Below are positions 27,876 through 36,642 of a stretch of DNA of 60,472 bases, in pieces. The DNA comes from Nanohaloarchaea archaeon B1-Br10_U2g21 (GTDB taxonomy: Archaea > Nanohalarchaeota > Nanosalinia > Nanosalinales > Nanosalinaceae). Every line of letters starts with the position of its first letter. Within the stretch, counting starts at the first letter, position 1. The translations under genes and the position numbers were made by a program. The DNA is taken from the NCBI GenBank assembly GCA_001563915.1, contig LKMP01000004.1, forward strand, positions 1 to 60,472. The letters are read 5' to 3'. Under the pieces are notes generated by a model, which was not told the DNA's origin, searched no databases, and was given only the letters and a program-made list of their open reading frames with translations.

Positions 27876-29474
27876 TTAGGACAAGCTGTCGATGTATCTT
27901 TTTACCCATTTCTCAAAAGTGTAGTATCTATAGGCCTCCCAAAAGTTCAGCTGATTTTTCTTGAGCTTTGATAAGATTTTATTAGAATCATATAATTTTC
28001 TTGACTGAAATTCGCGGCTTTCAAAAGTAGTCTCCAGTTCTTGAAGGATGGAGGGCGTATAGTATCTGTTATCTGTATGGATAAAACCAGTCTTCTTCTT
28101 TCGCTGATAAATAGGCTGAGGTAAATCTTCTCTAAATATATCTCTCAAAACTTTCTTGTTTCTTCCACTTCCGAAATGCGATAATGGATTAATATTATCT
28201 GTCTTCAACTTAATAGACTTTGATAGAAAAGCTGCTTTAGCCTCATGACTATGTTTCTTAGAATTTTTAGATATGGACCTTAGAATATGGGGGAAAGAAA
28301 AACTTTCCAGATGAGTTTTTCGAGCCTCTTCAAGGCTTTCAGGTCTTTCATAAGACAGGTCTTCAACGCAGTAATGAGAAATTCTCGGATTCTGAGGTTT
28401 ATAGAGTCCACCTGTTACTAATCTAATTACTTCTCGTTTTTGAAAACTATTTAACTGACTTCTATATTTCAAAAAAGCGCTCATACCTTCTATTACGCCT
28501 TTAGCAAGCTTTTCGCGTATGTAATAAGGAATAAATTTAGGATAGCCATAGAAAAATTCGTCTGCTGCAGATCCATGAACTAGGATTGAGTCTCCTTTTT
28601 CTTCTTGCAGTTTTCTGTAGAACTGATCTTGTGCTTGAACTGCTAGCATTCCTGTGGGCTCTTCTTGGTGTTCGAGACTTTCTGATATGCCATGAAAAAG
28701 TCTATCAACCGAAAATTTGAAGATTTCAACGTCTATTCCGTATTTTTCCTCCACTAATCTAAAGAATCTTTCATCTCCCGTTTTCTTATCAAAAGAAACA
28801 TGAACGAACTCAGCATTTTTGTTTGCAGACATTGAAGCTACTATTGAAGAATCAAGTCCGCCGCTTATAGGACATATAAATTTTTCTTCAGGGAGTTTAC
28901 GTCTTATTTCTTCTCTAACTGTTTCATCAATGTTGCGGCTATCTCTAAGAGTGTAATCGGGTCTAAACACTTTCAACTTATTTTTAGAAAATTTTATTGC
29001 TTCTCGTGGTTTTAATCTTTTAATATTCTTGAAAAATGTTTCTCTCCGATGGTCTACACGTCCAGTATGCAGGTAATCCAAAGCTACGTTTCTATTCAAA
29101 TTTGCTTGATTGTAAAATTGGATTAATGGTTTAATACGATCAGAAATGGCTATTTCACCTTTTTTCTCTACGTAATATATCGGGCGAGAGCCAAAAATAT
29201 CTCTATAAAGAGTAATGCCTTTTTTCTCTATGATTAAGGCCATGTAGTTGTCTTCTAAGCGTGTAGTGAAGTCTGAGTCCTTATACTCTGTCAGTTTAGG
29301 GAGAAGAGCTGTATCAAGATCAGTTAAAACTATTTGGTTTTCAAGCTCTATCTTATTAAGGTCCTCGTAGCATATCGTGAAACCATACTGCTCTAATGTT
29401 ATATTGTCATTGTTGAGGCAGATTTCTGCGTTACTAGAATTATTGAAAGAGTTTGAACTTAGTAAAAAGACCAT
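27876..29474 (-). CDS. Asparagine synthetase-like ATP pyrophosphatase/amide ligase lacking the N-terminal catalytic Cys
   Basis: RDIFGSRPIYY, PP-loop SGGLDSS, ADEFFYGY and RKKKTGF. Confidence 0.85.
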   Translation of the reverse strand: MVFLLSSNSFNNSSNAEICLNNDNITLEQYGFTICYEDLNKIELENQIVLTDLDTALLPKLTEYKDSDFTTRLEDNYMALIIEKKGITLYRDIFGSRPIYYVEKKGEIAISDRIKPLIQFYNQANLNRNVALDYLHTGRVDHRRETFFKNIKRLKPREAIKFSKNKLKVFRPDYTLRDSRNIDETVREEIRRKLPEEKFICPISGGLDSSIVASMSANKNAEFVHVSFDKKTGDERFFRLVEEKYGIDVEIFKFSVDRLFHGISESLEHQEEPTGMLAVQAQDQFYRKLQEEKGDSILVHGSAADEFFYGYPKFIPYYIREKLAKGVIEGMSAFLKYRSQLNSFQKREVIRLVTGGLYKPQNPRISHYCVEDLSYERPESLEEARKTHLESFSFPHILRSISKNSKKHSHEAKAAFLSKSIKLKTDNINPLSHFGSGRNKKVLRDIFREDLPQPIYQRKKKTGFIHTDNRYYTPSILQELETTFESREFQSRKLYDSNKILSKLKKNQLNFWEAYRYYTFEKWVKRYIDSLS

Positions 29475-29509
29475 TAATACGGTAAACTAGTCTTTAATAG
29501 TTTATATCT

Positions 29510-30550
29510 CTAGACCTCTGCGGCACTAACGGATTTAGTTTCGGGATGTGGGCTCCCATGGTCACTTTCAATAGATGCTAATACATCGTCTATTAACTCG
29601 CCACTGGACTCGTGGTAATCTGTTCCGCAAGTAGGATTATTTTCATATATGATAACTTCCTCAGGAGTTTTTACGTAGTCAATAGCGGTAAAGTCTAAGC
29701 CTTCTGCTGCACGACTAACTGCTTTAGCTTCGATATCATCTAATTCTGAGCCGTCTACATATTGCCCTCCTTTAGCAAGATTAGTCGCTAATTGCTCATT
29801 ATTTTGGCGAGTAGTTGTTGCAACTACTGAGCCTCCGGCTATGTAGGCTCTTCTATCTTCGTATTCGTCTTTCGTGTCGTGAGGTATATATTCTTCTATA
29901 ATGCCGTCTTCATACTCATCTAGAAATCTGTCAATCTCGTCTTCTGAATGTAGTTTTGTGACGCCATCGCCGCCTGAGCCGTCAACAGGTTTACCGACTA
30001 AGACTCTGTCTTTAGCTATCTCATAAGCTTCATTAGGATTATACTGTTCTACCGTCCTGGCATTATCAAGTCCGGATAGCTGGTGTTCTAATAAATCAAC
30101 TGTTAGGTCTTTTTGGTCATGTAGTGCTGATAGAAGAGGATCGTTCAGTAGCTGAAGGTCATGTTCGTTTTGGAGCCTGTATAGATTATTAAACGCCTCT
30201 AAAACAGGGTCTTCATCATCTATATGAGGTTTTTCGTTATTAAAAAGGCTTCTTATTAATTTATCTAGCTCTGTTCTATTTCTATTGTTTAGAAAATTCT
30301 TATGTCTGTATAAGAACTTCTTACCGTTTATTTTTGCGCCAAGTTCATCTATTTCATCTTCTTCAAGTCCTGTAAGGTCATTAAAGCCTAGAGATTTGAT
30401 GTTAAGATCTTCTTGATCGGCTTTCTTAGTTATTCTTCTTCTTGTTCGCATATCTCTTTCGCCGCCATATATTAGGTCGGCATCTTCTAGAAGTCCTTCT
30501 TCAAGGATTAAGTCGTGGCTATTCTGCATCAGACTTTTGAACATAGTCAT
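29510..30550 (-). CDS. RimK-like ATP-grasp ligase
   Basis: KPVDGSGGDGV, EEYIP, DRR, TNLAKGG, AIDY and ENNPTCG. Confidence 0.85.
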   Translation of the reverse strand: MTMFKSLMQNSHDLILEEGLLEDADLIYGGERDMRTRRRITKKADQEDLNIKSLGFNDLTGLEEDEIDELGAKINGKKFLYRHKNFLNNRNRTELDKLIRSLFNNEKPHIDDEDPVLEAFNNLYRLQNEHDLQLLNDPLLSALHDQKDLTVDLLEHQLSGLDNARTVEQYNPNEAYEIAKDRVLVGKPVDGSGGDGVTKLHSEDEIDRFLDEYEDGIIEEYIPHDTKDEYEDRRAYIAGGSVVATTTRQNNEQLATNLAKGGQYVDGSELDDIEAKAVSRAAEGLDFTAIDYVKTPEEVIIYENNPTCGTDYHESSGELIDDVLASIESDHGSPHPETKSVSAAEV

Positions 30551-30602
30551 TACTTGTGAGTCATAACTTTAAATGTCTTTTTGGACAATGAAGGACAGTA
30601 GA

Positions 30603-32123
30603 TCATGGTAATTTCTTCTCCAAATCTTTTACTTGCTGGTATAATTTGGATTCATATTTCTCAGCGGATGAGATGTGGCTTTCTAATATGTTGATTTCAT
30701 TTTGCATATCATTTATTTGATCTATGCAGCTGTCAATGTAGCTTGACATATTACTACCATTGGCGTAAGCAGTGGAGAGCGTCCCGAGTCTTTCAAGTCG
30801 AGTATGTATTTCGCCTGTTAACTTGAGTAGCTGTGATAGCTTGTTGATCTCCGACTCATCAAGTTTGAAGTCGCGTTTGAGTAAACTTTCCAACCGCTTT
30901 AAGCGATCCTCAAACTTGGGGATATCGCCTCTAATTCCTGCTAAAACATTCCTGAATTCATTTACGTCCGTATTGAGATCTCCTCTAGAGGTATGTACTC
31001 CGCGGTCCGAAGCCTCCTGTATTACTTCCAAAAGCTTTTCATCATCAGAAATCAGATGATCTATGTCATAAGGATTTTCCTTTATGAATGCAATAACTCG
31101 GAGAACGTGAGGTACATCTTCCATTACATGCTTAAAATCATCTCTAGCTCTGAGAGCAGGATCATTACTAATAATACTTTTTAGCTGTGCATTTAGAGTC
31201 CTTAACTCTGGCAAAGGATTTCTATCATTATTTTTGAGATTATTAAAATACTGTTCTAACTCGCTTCCGCTGAAATTTAAGCCCGTATTCTCAGGATCAT
31301 CTCGCTGCTCCGAAACTTGTATAAATGCTCCAAAAACAGTGTTAAGCGATTCTGCCCTATCTTTCACGCCTTGAAAACTATCAAAAGCCTTTTCGTTGTT
31401 CGTGATGTCTTGTTCAGCGTTACGAAGATTGTTATCTATAGATCCTAGATGGCTGTGTGCGGATTCAAGCTCTGATATAAAATCGGAATCAAAGTGTTGT
31501 AATGCGGCGTTTAGGCCTTGAATTTGTCTTTGTTGTTGTCTTTGGCTGTAGCCTTCTCCTATTTCTCTTCCAGTTCTTGCTAGTTCTTCTCCTAGTGCTC
31601 TGTATGGCTCTACGTTTTGCTCTTGTGAGGGTTCAGGTTCAGGCTGAGGTTGAGGCTCTGGTTCAGGCGCTGTTTCTGCCGCAGAAGCCTGTCTTTCGGG
31701 AATTAGTCCTGTGTAAATTATTGTGGCGAGCGCTAGAGCTGCTAAACCTGCTAGTGCCAGAAGACCTGAAGATATTGCTCCTATTGTAAGTACAGTGGTT
31801 GTCGCTGCGACGAGTGAGAAACCTTTCATTCCAGTAGGAATATCATCATCTGTATTATGATAGTCATGTCTGCCTATACGTTCTTCAAATGTCTCATATC
31901 CCATTGAGGTAAAATTTTTGATCAAGAAATAGAACCCTATGATGGGCATGATAATAAATAACAGAACTTCTCCGGCTGTTTCTACTTGAAAAGTAGTTAT
32001 AGTGTTTACAAACTCTACCAAACTTTCTTCGACCGTCATTTGTGCGCCAAAAGTCTGGGCTGTCGCTCCTGAGATATATGCAAGTATTGTTGAGGCGAAA
32101 ACAACGGTTTTACGGCCTGCCAT
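30603..32123 (-). CDS. Membrane protein (family A-like N-terminus) with PE-rich linker and long helical domain
   Basis: Signal/TM segments including IMPIIGFYFLIK; PEPEPQPQPEPEP linker; coiled coil. Confidence 0.8.
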   Translation of the reverse strand: MAGRKTVVFASTILAYISGATAQTFGAQMTVEESLVEFVNTITTFQVETAGEVLLFIIMPIIGFYFLIKNFTSMGYETFEERIGRHDYHNTDDDIPTGMKGFSLVAATTTVLTIGAISSGLLALAGLAALALATIIYTGLIPERQASAAETAPEPEPQPQPEPEPSQEQNVEPYRALGEELARTGREIGEGYSQRQQQRQIQGLNAALQHFDSDFISELESAHSHLGSIDNNLRNAEQDITNNEKAFDSFQGVKDRAESLNTVFGAFIQVSEQRDDPENTGLNFSGSELEQYFNNLKNNDRNPLPELRTLNAQLKSIISNDPALRARDDFKHVMEDVPHVLRVIAFIKENPYDIDHLISDDEKLLEVIQEASDRGVHTSRGDLNTDVNEFRNVLAGIRGDIPKFEDRLKRLESLLKRDFKLDESEINKLSQLLKLTGEIHTRLERLGTLSTAYANGSNMSSYIDSCIDQINDMQNEINILESHISSAEKYESKLYQQVKDLEKKLP

Positions 32124-32162
32124 AAGTTTAAACTGGGGTCAGCCTGTTTTTATGTGCTATCC

Positions 32163-32597
32163 TCACTGAGGCCTCACAAAGAGATAGATCATAAATAAGA
32201 ACAGCAGTATAAGAGCTCCGACAGCGAGTACGCCTATAGAGGCCGCCATCTGTTGTATTAGCTCCCAATATGGAGATACGACGACCATTAGTGCTATAGC
32301 AATTGCCATAATAGTTGCTTCCTTGTTCACATTGGGTCCGTCATCTAAAGGATTATCGCTGTTATCAAAAGTGAATTCGAGCGCTCTTTTTAGAGAGAAC
32401 TGGAGTAGAATTGTTAAGAAGAGGAAAGGGGCCACGAACTTTGCAACTATTTCTTCTTGTGATTCAAATTCAGGCACTACAAACCAGTCGTCTGCAGTAT
32501 GTCGGTCTGTGTAATAGTAATCTGCGGAGGCCAATGAAACGAGTAGAAAAATTGAAATTAGTATGCTGGAGATTTTAGTTGCCGAAGTCAAAGTCAT
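32163..32597 (-). CDS. Membrane protein (paralog family A) with signal peptide
   Basis: VAPFLFLTILLQFSLKR...VNKEATIMAIAIAL; start at 32597 (ATG) or 32591 (TTG). Confidence 0.78.
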   Translation of the reverse strand: MTLTSATKISSILISIFLLVSLASADYYYTDRHTADDWFVVPEFESQEEIVAKFVAPFLFLTILLQFSLKRALEFTFDNSDNPLDDGPNVNKEATIMAIAIALMVVVSPYWELIQQMAASIGVLAVGALILLFLFMIYLFVRPQ

Positions 32598-32862
32598 CTC
32601 CTCCGAAATCATCTCCTCCTCCGAAGTCGCCTCCACCAACGCCTCCGGAAGCGTGGCCTTCTCTTATTTCATGTATGTAAGCAGGAATCACTTCATCTAC
32701 TAGGAAACCTACTACTAACCCTGATAACGCAAGCACGATTACAGTATTCATCCATGGCTCAAGGCCTAGTACATTCTCTGCAATATCTTCAGTAAGCAAG
32801 GCAATAAAATATCCTCCAATAGCTGCTGCAGGATAAGAGGCAATTGTCCAGAGGTTTTTCAT
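32575..32862 (-). CDS. Two-TM protein with Gly/Asp/Phe repeat tail
   Basis: C-terminus GGVGGGDFGGGDDFGGDDFDFGN. Confidence 0.78.
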   Translation of the reverse strand: MKNLWTIASYPAAAIGGYFIALLTEDIAENVLGLEPWMNTVIVLALSGLVVGFLVDEVIPAYIHEIREGHASGGVGGGDFGGGDDFGGDDFDFGN

Positions 32863-32930
32863 ATGTTAGAACTTGTATTCTGTTGTTTAATAAGATAAGG
32901 AAAAAAGAGATGGGAAAGTAATGGAAGAAG

Positions 32931-33413
32931 TTATTGTCTGCCCATTCCCCATTCCATGAACTTGCCGCCGCCTTGTGAAAGCGCTTGAACAATATTGTGT
33001 GTTTCCTCAAGGTCTTTATTCACTACTTGTTCATCTTGTACTGCGGCTCCAATTTTTTGCTCTGCATCTCGTACTTCTTGTTGAGCTACTTCTATTTCCT
33101 CTAATAATCCTTCTACTTTCTCTACTTCTCTGAGAAGTTGATCAACGCCTCCAACCTTGTTGCTTTTGTTAATTATGCTTTGGACTTCAGAGTGAATCTT
33201 TCCGTGAGGCTGATTCAAATCGACGTTTCTAAAGTAAGCCATCATTTCAAGAACTGCGTCTTGTCCTTGAAGGCCTTTCAGAGCATGAGCTAGTTTCTGT
33301 TCTGCATCACGCTGTTCCTTGACTGCTTCTACTTCTAGCTCTTCTTCTTTCTCTAGGTGTTGAATTTCCTCTTTTAAATCCTGTAATAACGTCAGTGCTG
33401 GTTCTTCTGGCAT
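32931..33413 (-). CDS. Soluble helical protein paralogous to the C-terminus of the 676-aa neighbour
   Basis: YFRNVDL...HSEVQ...VEGLLEEIE shared with the 33459 ORF. Confidence 0.82.
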   Translation of the reverse strand: MPEEPALTLLQDLKEEIQHLEKEEELEVEAVKEQRDAEQKLAHALKGLQGQDAVLEMMAYFRNVDLNQPHGKIHSEVQSIINKSNKVGGVDQLLREVEKVEGLLEEIEVAQQEVRDAEQKIGAAVQDEQVVNKDLEETHNIVQALSQGGGKFMEWGMGRQ

Positions 33414-33458
33414 ACTCTAAACTTATAGTTCTCTCTTTTTATTACCTAGGGTTAACTA

Positions 33459-35489
33459 CTATGGAGGATTGTGGTATCCTTGATCTATGCACCGCTCATA
33501 ATTAGAAGCACCTTCACGTATCATTTCGATCACTTTATCCATTTCATCCATTGTGTATTCTTTTTGCCGATCTATCTGTGTAAGTTCTATATCCTTCTCA
33601 AAAGAGTCTTTAACTTCTTGGTGAGCTAACTCTATTTCTTCTAATAAGCCCTCTACCTTTTTCACTTCTTTAAGTAAATGGTCTACATCTCCTACTTCAT
33701 TAAGTTTTTTAATTATATTCTGTACCTCAGAATGAACTTCTCCTGGAGGCCTATCTAAATCAACTTTTCTGAAGTACAACATGGCTTTGAGTACTGCTTT
33801 CTCATCCATTAATGCCTTTAACGCATCTTTCAACCTTCTTACAGCTTCTTGCTTCTCTTCGATACTTGCAGTTTCTATATCTTCACTCGCTTCCAGTTTA
33901 TCAATTAAATCTTGTATGGCCTTTCCTAAAGCACTTGCAGTAGGGTTTCCTCCATCTGGCGGAGTTTTTGGCTGAGTTCTACCTACTTCAATTTGTTCGA
34001 TTCTATTTCTTGAACCTCCTGATTCAGATATTACAGTAAGCCCATAGTTGTGAGTTTCGCCTTCTCCAAATTGAAAGTTTCCGACAATCTGAGCTATCGG
34101 TACTTCTCCTTCATAAGATGAAGAGTCAAGCCCTACAGCTTTTTGCTGGCCATCAAAGTTGAATATTGCTTGCTGTAGAGTGGTGTTTGAACCACATCTT
34201 ACGTATAAAGAAACGTTTTGAGAGGTCATTCCTGCTTGAGGAATAGGTCTAAGTTTTATGTCCTCTATTACTATATTCTCATCTTCCTCTCCGTTTTCAA
34301 TAGTCTTTTCAATTAAAATTATTATTCGTTCTAGAGCCGCTTCGTCTATAATTTGAATGTTTAGGGATGTTAGCTGTTGAACTAGTTGAGTCATTACGAT
34401 ATTTATCCGAGAGCTAGGAATATTTTCGAGTATTTGGATTAGCTGAAGAATGGTTTTGAGATTAAACTCCATTTTATCAAAGTCCACAGGATTTATAACG
34501 ATCATATCTCCTGAAATAGAGTAATGCTTGTGTATTAGGGCTTCAAAGATCTCTACTAGCTGAAGACAAATATTTTGCTGCTGATGCGTAATATTTTGCT
34601 GATTTTCTACTATGGAGATAAAATTCTGAGTTATATTCTGTATCTGTTTTTGGTTGATTTGCTGCTGTATATTTATGTTTTGAGCATTGCTGGTAGAATT
34701 TCCTTCAAAATAATTTATTACTTGATTAATAGTCTGGTTATTGATATGGTCTCCTGAACTATTGTCTATTGCGTTTAGAATATTTCTTACCTCTTCAATA
34801 GAGATATTCTGAGACTGTATGATTGTCAGAAAGGCTTCAACAATAGAAGCATCGATAGTGATATCAGGAGCATCTCTTTCTCCTCTAACATAGATGGTGT
34901 CGCCGCGTCTACCGAAGTTGCCCATAATAATCTGGAAAAACTCCATCATGGCTAACTGATTTTGAAACTGTTGCTGTTGTTGCATCTGTTGAATCTGTGC
35001 GGCAAACCTCTGTTGAGAAGCACTCATGCTTTGATTATCGTTACTATTATCGATGTTCTGATAAAAACTGCCTCCTCCGCCAGGACCTCCTGAACCGCCG
35101 TCTCCTCCATCTCCTCCGTCTCCTCCGTCGCTGCCACCATCTGTAGTGGGCGGATTAGTGGGTGGATTAGGAGGAGGGCTAGGGGGATTGGTTGTAGGAG
35201 AATTGGAATCTGAATTTAGAAGGCCTGATAGTATTCCTGCTCCAAGCCCTGCTAATCCTGCTGCTCCTGCTCCGCTATTACTGCTTCCGCCGCTTCCGCT
35301 TCGCGCTACCCAAGCGATTAGACCTATTATTACTATGGTAGCAGCAAGTATGGGTATGCTGAAGAAAAAGTCTAGTATTGCAAATCCTGCGCCTCCTAAA
35401 GCAGGTAACAGTCCGGTGAGCCATAGACCTGCGAGTGCGAAGAAAAGTATCAGTATTATTATTGCGCCTATACCTTGCAGGATGGCCAT
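33459..35489 (-). CDS. Multi-domain membrane protein (TMs, Gly/Pro linker, Q/N/I-rich region, beta domain, helical domain)
   Basis: Composition blocks visible in the translation. Confidence 0.82.
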   Translation of the reverse strand: MAILQGIGAIIILILFFALAGLWLTGLLPALGGAGFAILDFFFSIPILAATIVIIGLIAWVARSGSGGSSNSGAGAAGLAGLGAGILSGLLNSDSNSPTTNPPSPPPNPPTNPPTTDGGSDGGDGGDGGDGGSGGPGGGGSFYQNIDNSNDNQSMSASQQRFAAQIQQMQQQQQFQNQLAMMEFFQIIMGNFGRRGDTIYVRGERDAPDITIDASIVEAFLTIIQSQNISIEEVRNILNAIDNSSGDHINNQTINQVINYFEGNSTSNAQNINIQQQINQKQIQNITQNFISIVENQQNITHQQQNICLQLVEIFEALIHKHYSISGDMIVINPVDFDKMEFNLKTILQLIQILENIPSSRINIVMTQLVQQLTSLNIQIIDEAALERIIILIEKTIENGEEDENIVIEDIKLRPIPQAGMTSQNVSLYVRCGSNTTLQQAIFNFDGQQKAVGLDSSSYEGEVPIAQIVGNFQFGEGETHNYGLTVISESGGSRNRIEQIEVGRTQPKTPPDGGNPTASALGKAIQDLIDKLEASEDIETASIEEKQEAVRRLKDALKALMDEKAVLKAMLYFRKVDLDRPPGEVHSEVQNIIKKLNEVGDVDHLLKEVKKVEGLLEEIELAHQEVKDSFEKDIELTQIDRQKEYTMDEMDKVIEMIREGASNYERCIDQGYHNPP

Positions 35490-35515
35490 GCTTATTACTT
35501 ACTAAGGGGTATTAA

Positions 35516-35752
35516 TTAATCCTTCTCAAATTTTCCGAGCCTTTCTAGTGTTTCAAGAATGCCCCAAGCATAGATTACAGCTTCCCACGCCCTGATAAAG
35601 TCTTCTTCTGCTAAGAAATGATAAGTATCGTCTCGATAGGCCTCAACATTTTCCATCTGCTCCACGGAAGAATCAAGTTTCTCTATTCTTTCCTCAATCT
35701 TTTCCAGCCATTTTCTAGTTTCTTCTTCCAGCTTCAATTGCGTCTCATTCAT
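35516..35752 (-). CDS. DUF357 family protein
   Basis: AYRDDTYHF...AWEAVIYAWG pattern; usual neighbour of dph5. Confidence 0.82.
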   Translation of the reverse strand: MNETQLKLEEETRKWLEKIEERIEKLDSSVEQMENVEAYRDDTYHFLAEEDFIRAWEAVIYAWGILETLERLGKFEKD

Positions 35753-35904
35753 TTTTAATCTCTTCAGCTCTTCAAGTTTTTTAACAGATATTAACTTCTG
35801 ACATATTTGTCTTTATCGTTAACAGTTTCTATTTTCAAAGTCTTTTTCTAAAGATGTCTTGATAAAAACAGATAAACCAGATTTAGTATTCAAAGGTTTA
35901 TAGC

Positions 35905-36603
35905 CTAACGATGAGATTCTAGGAATTCTTCTTCTTTAAACGATTTCTTTCCTGTCAAGACTAAGCAGTGTGGAGTATCTCCAAACTCCGATTCTGGAGC
36001 ATTTTCTAAAGGCATCAGCGAAATATTCATATCTTCGCTGTTTGCTCGCTCTAAAATTAAAACTTCACGATTTTTTATACCCATTTCTAGCAGTTTTTCT
36101 GCAGCTTCTGAGGCATTGTAGTCTATATCTAGCAATATCAGCGTATGTAGCCCTATAGAGTCGTTTTTCTCTATATATTGTGTTATGGATTCAGGCTTCC
36201 CGTTTCGTGGTAATGTGACTGTTCTACCAAACTTATAGATGCTTAAACCAGTCTCAGCGATTGAAAGAAAAATCGAGGGCGCATGTACTACTTCAACAGC
36301 TAAGCCTTTTTCTTCTGCCCTGTGTTTGATGCCATAATGCGTTGTGGCTGTTAAGGGGTCACCAGATACTAAGAAGGCTATATCGTTAGTCTCAGCTTCT
36401 TTTATCACAGTATCTTCCTGTTCAACGCCTTCTCTGTCTAATTTCTCAATCTCTGTACCTGAAAGCTCTTCTATTTCTGCAAGATTGATGTTTTCAGTAT
36501 TTGTATAGAACTCAGCATATCCTTTATCTGCTTTTTCTAATGATTCAAGACCTTTCAAAGTTAGTTCTTGATTGCCTAGGCCCAAACCTATTATATAGAG
36601 CAT
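35905..36603 (-). CDS. dph5: Diphthine synthase
   Basis: LYIIGLGL, GDPLTATTH, YKFGRTVTL and GLHTLILLDI. Confidence 0.95.
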   Translation of the reverse strand: MLYIIGLGLGNQELTLKGLESLEKADKGYAEFYTNTENINLAEIEELSGTEIEKLDREGVEQEDTVIKEAETNDIAFLVSGDPLTATTHYGIKHRAEEKGLAVEVVHAPSIFLSIAETGLSIYKFGRTVTLPRNGKPESITQYIEKNDSIGLHTLILLDIDYNASEAAEKLLEMGIKNREVLILERANSEDMNISLMPLENAPESEFGDTPHCLVLTGKKSFKEEEFLESHR

Positions 36604-36642
36604 ACCGAGAGTTGATTAAAGAATTGTTTTTAAGTTGTAGGT

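Noticed and set aside
27658-29474. Lasso peptide cluster (cyclase plus precursor)
   Set aside because: No transglutaminase-like B protein or RRE nearby; the small ORF is a TM peptide without a lasso leader/core pattern.
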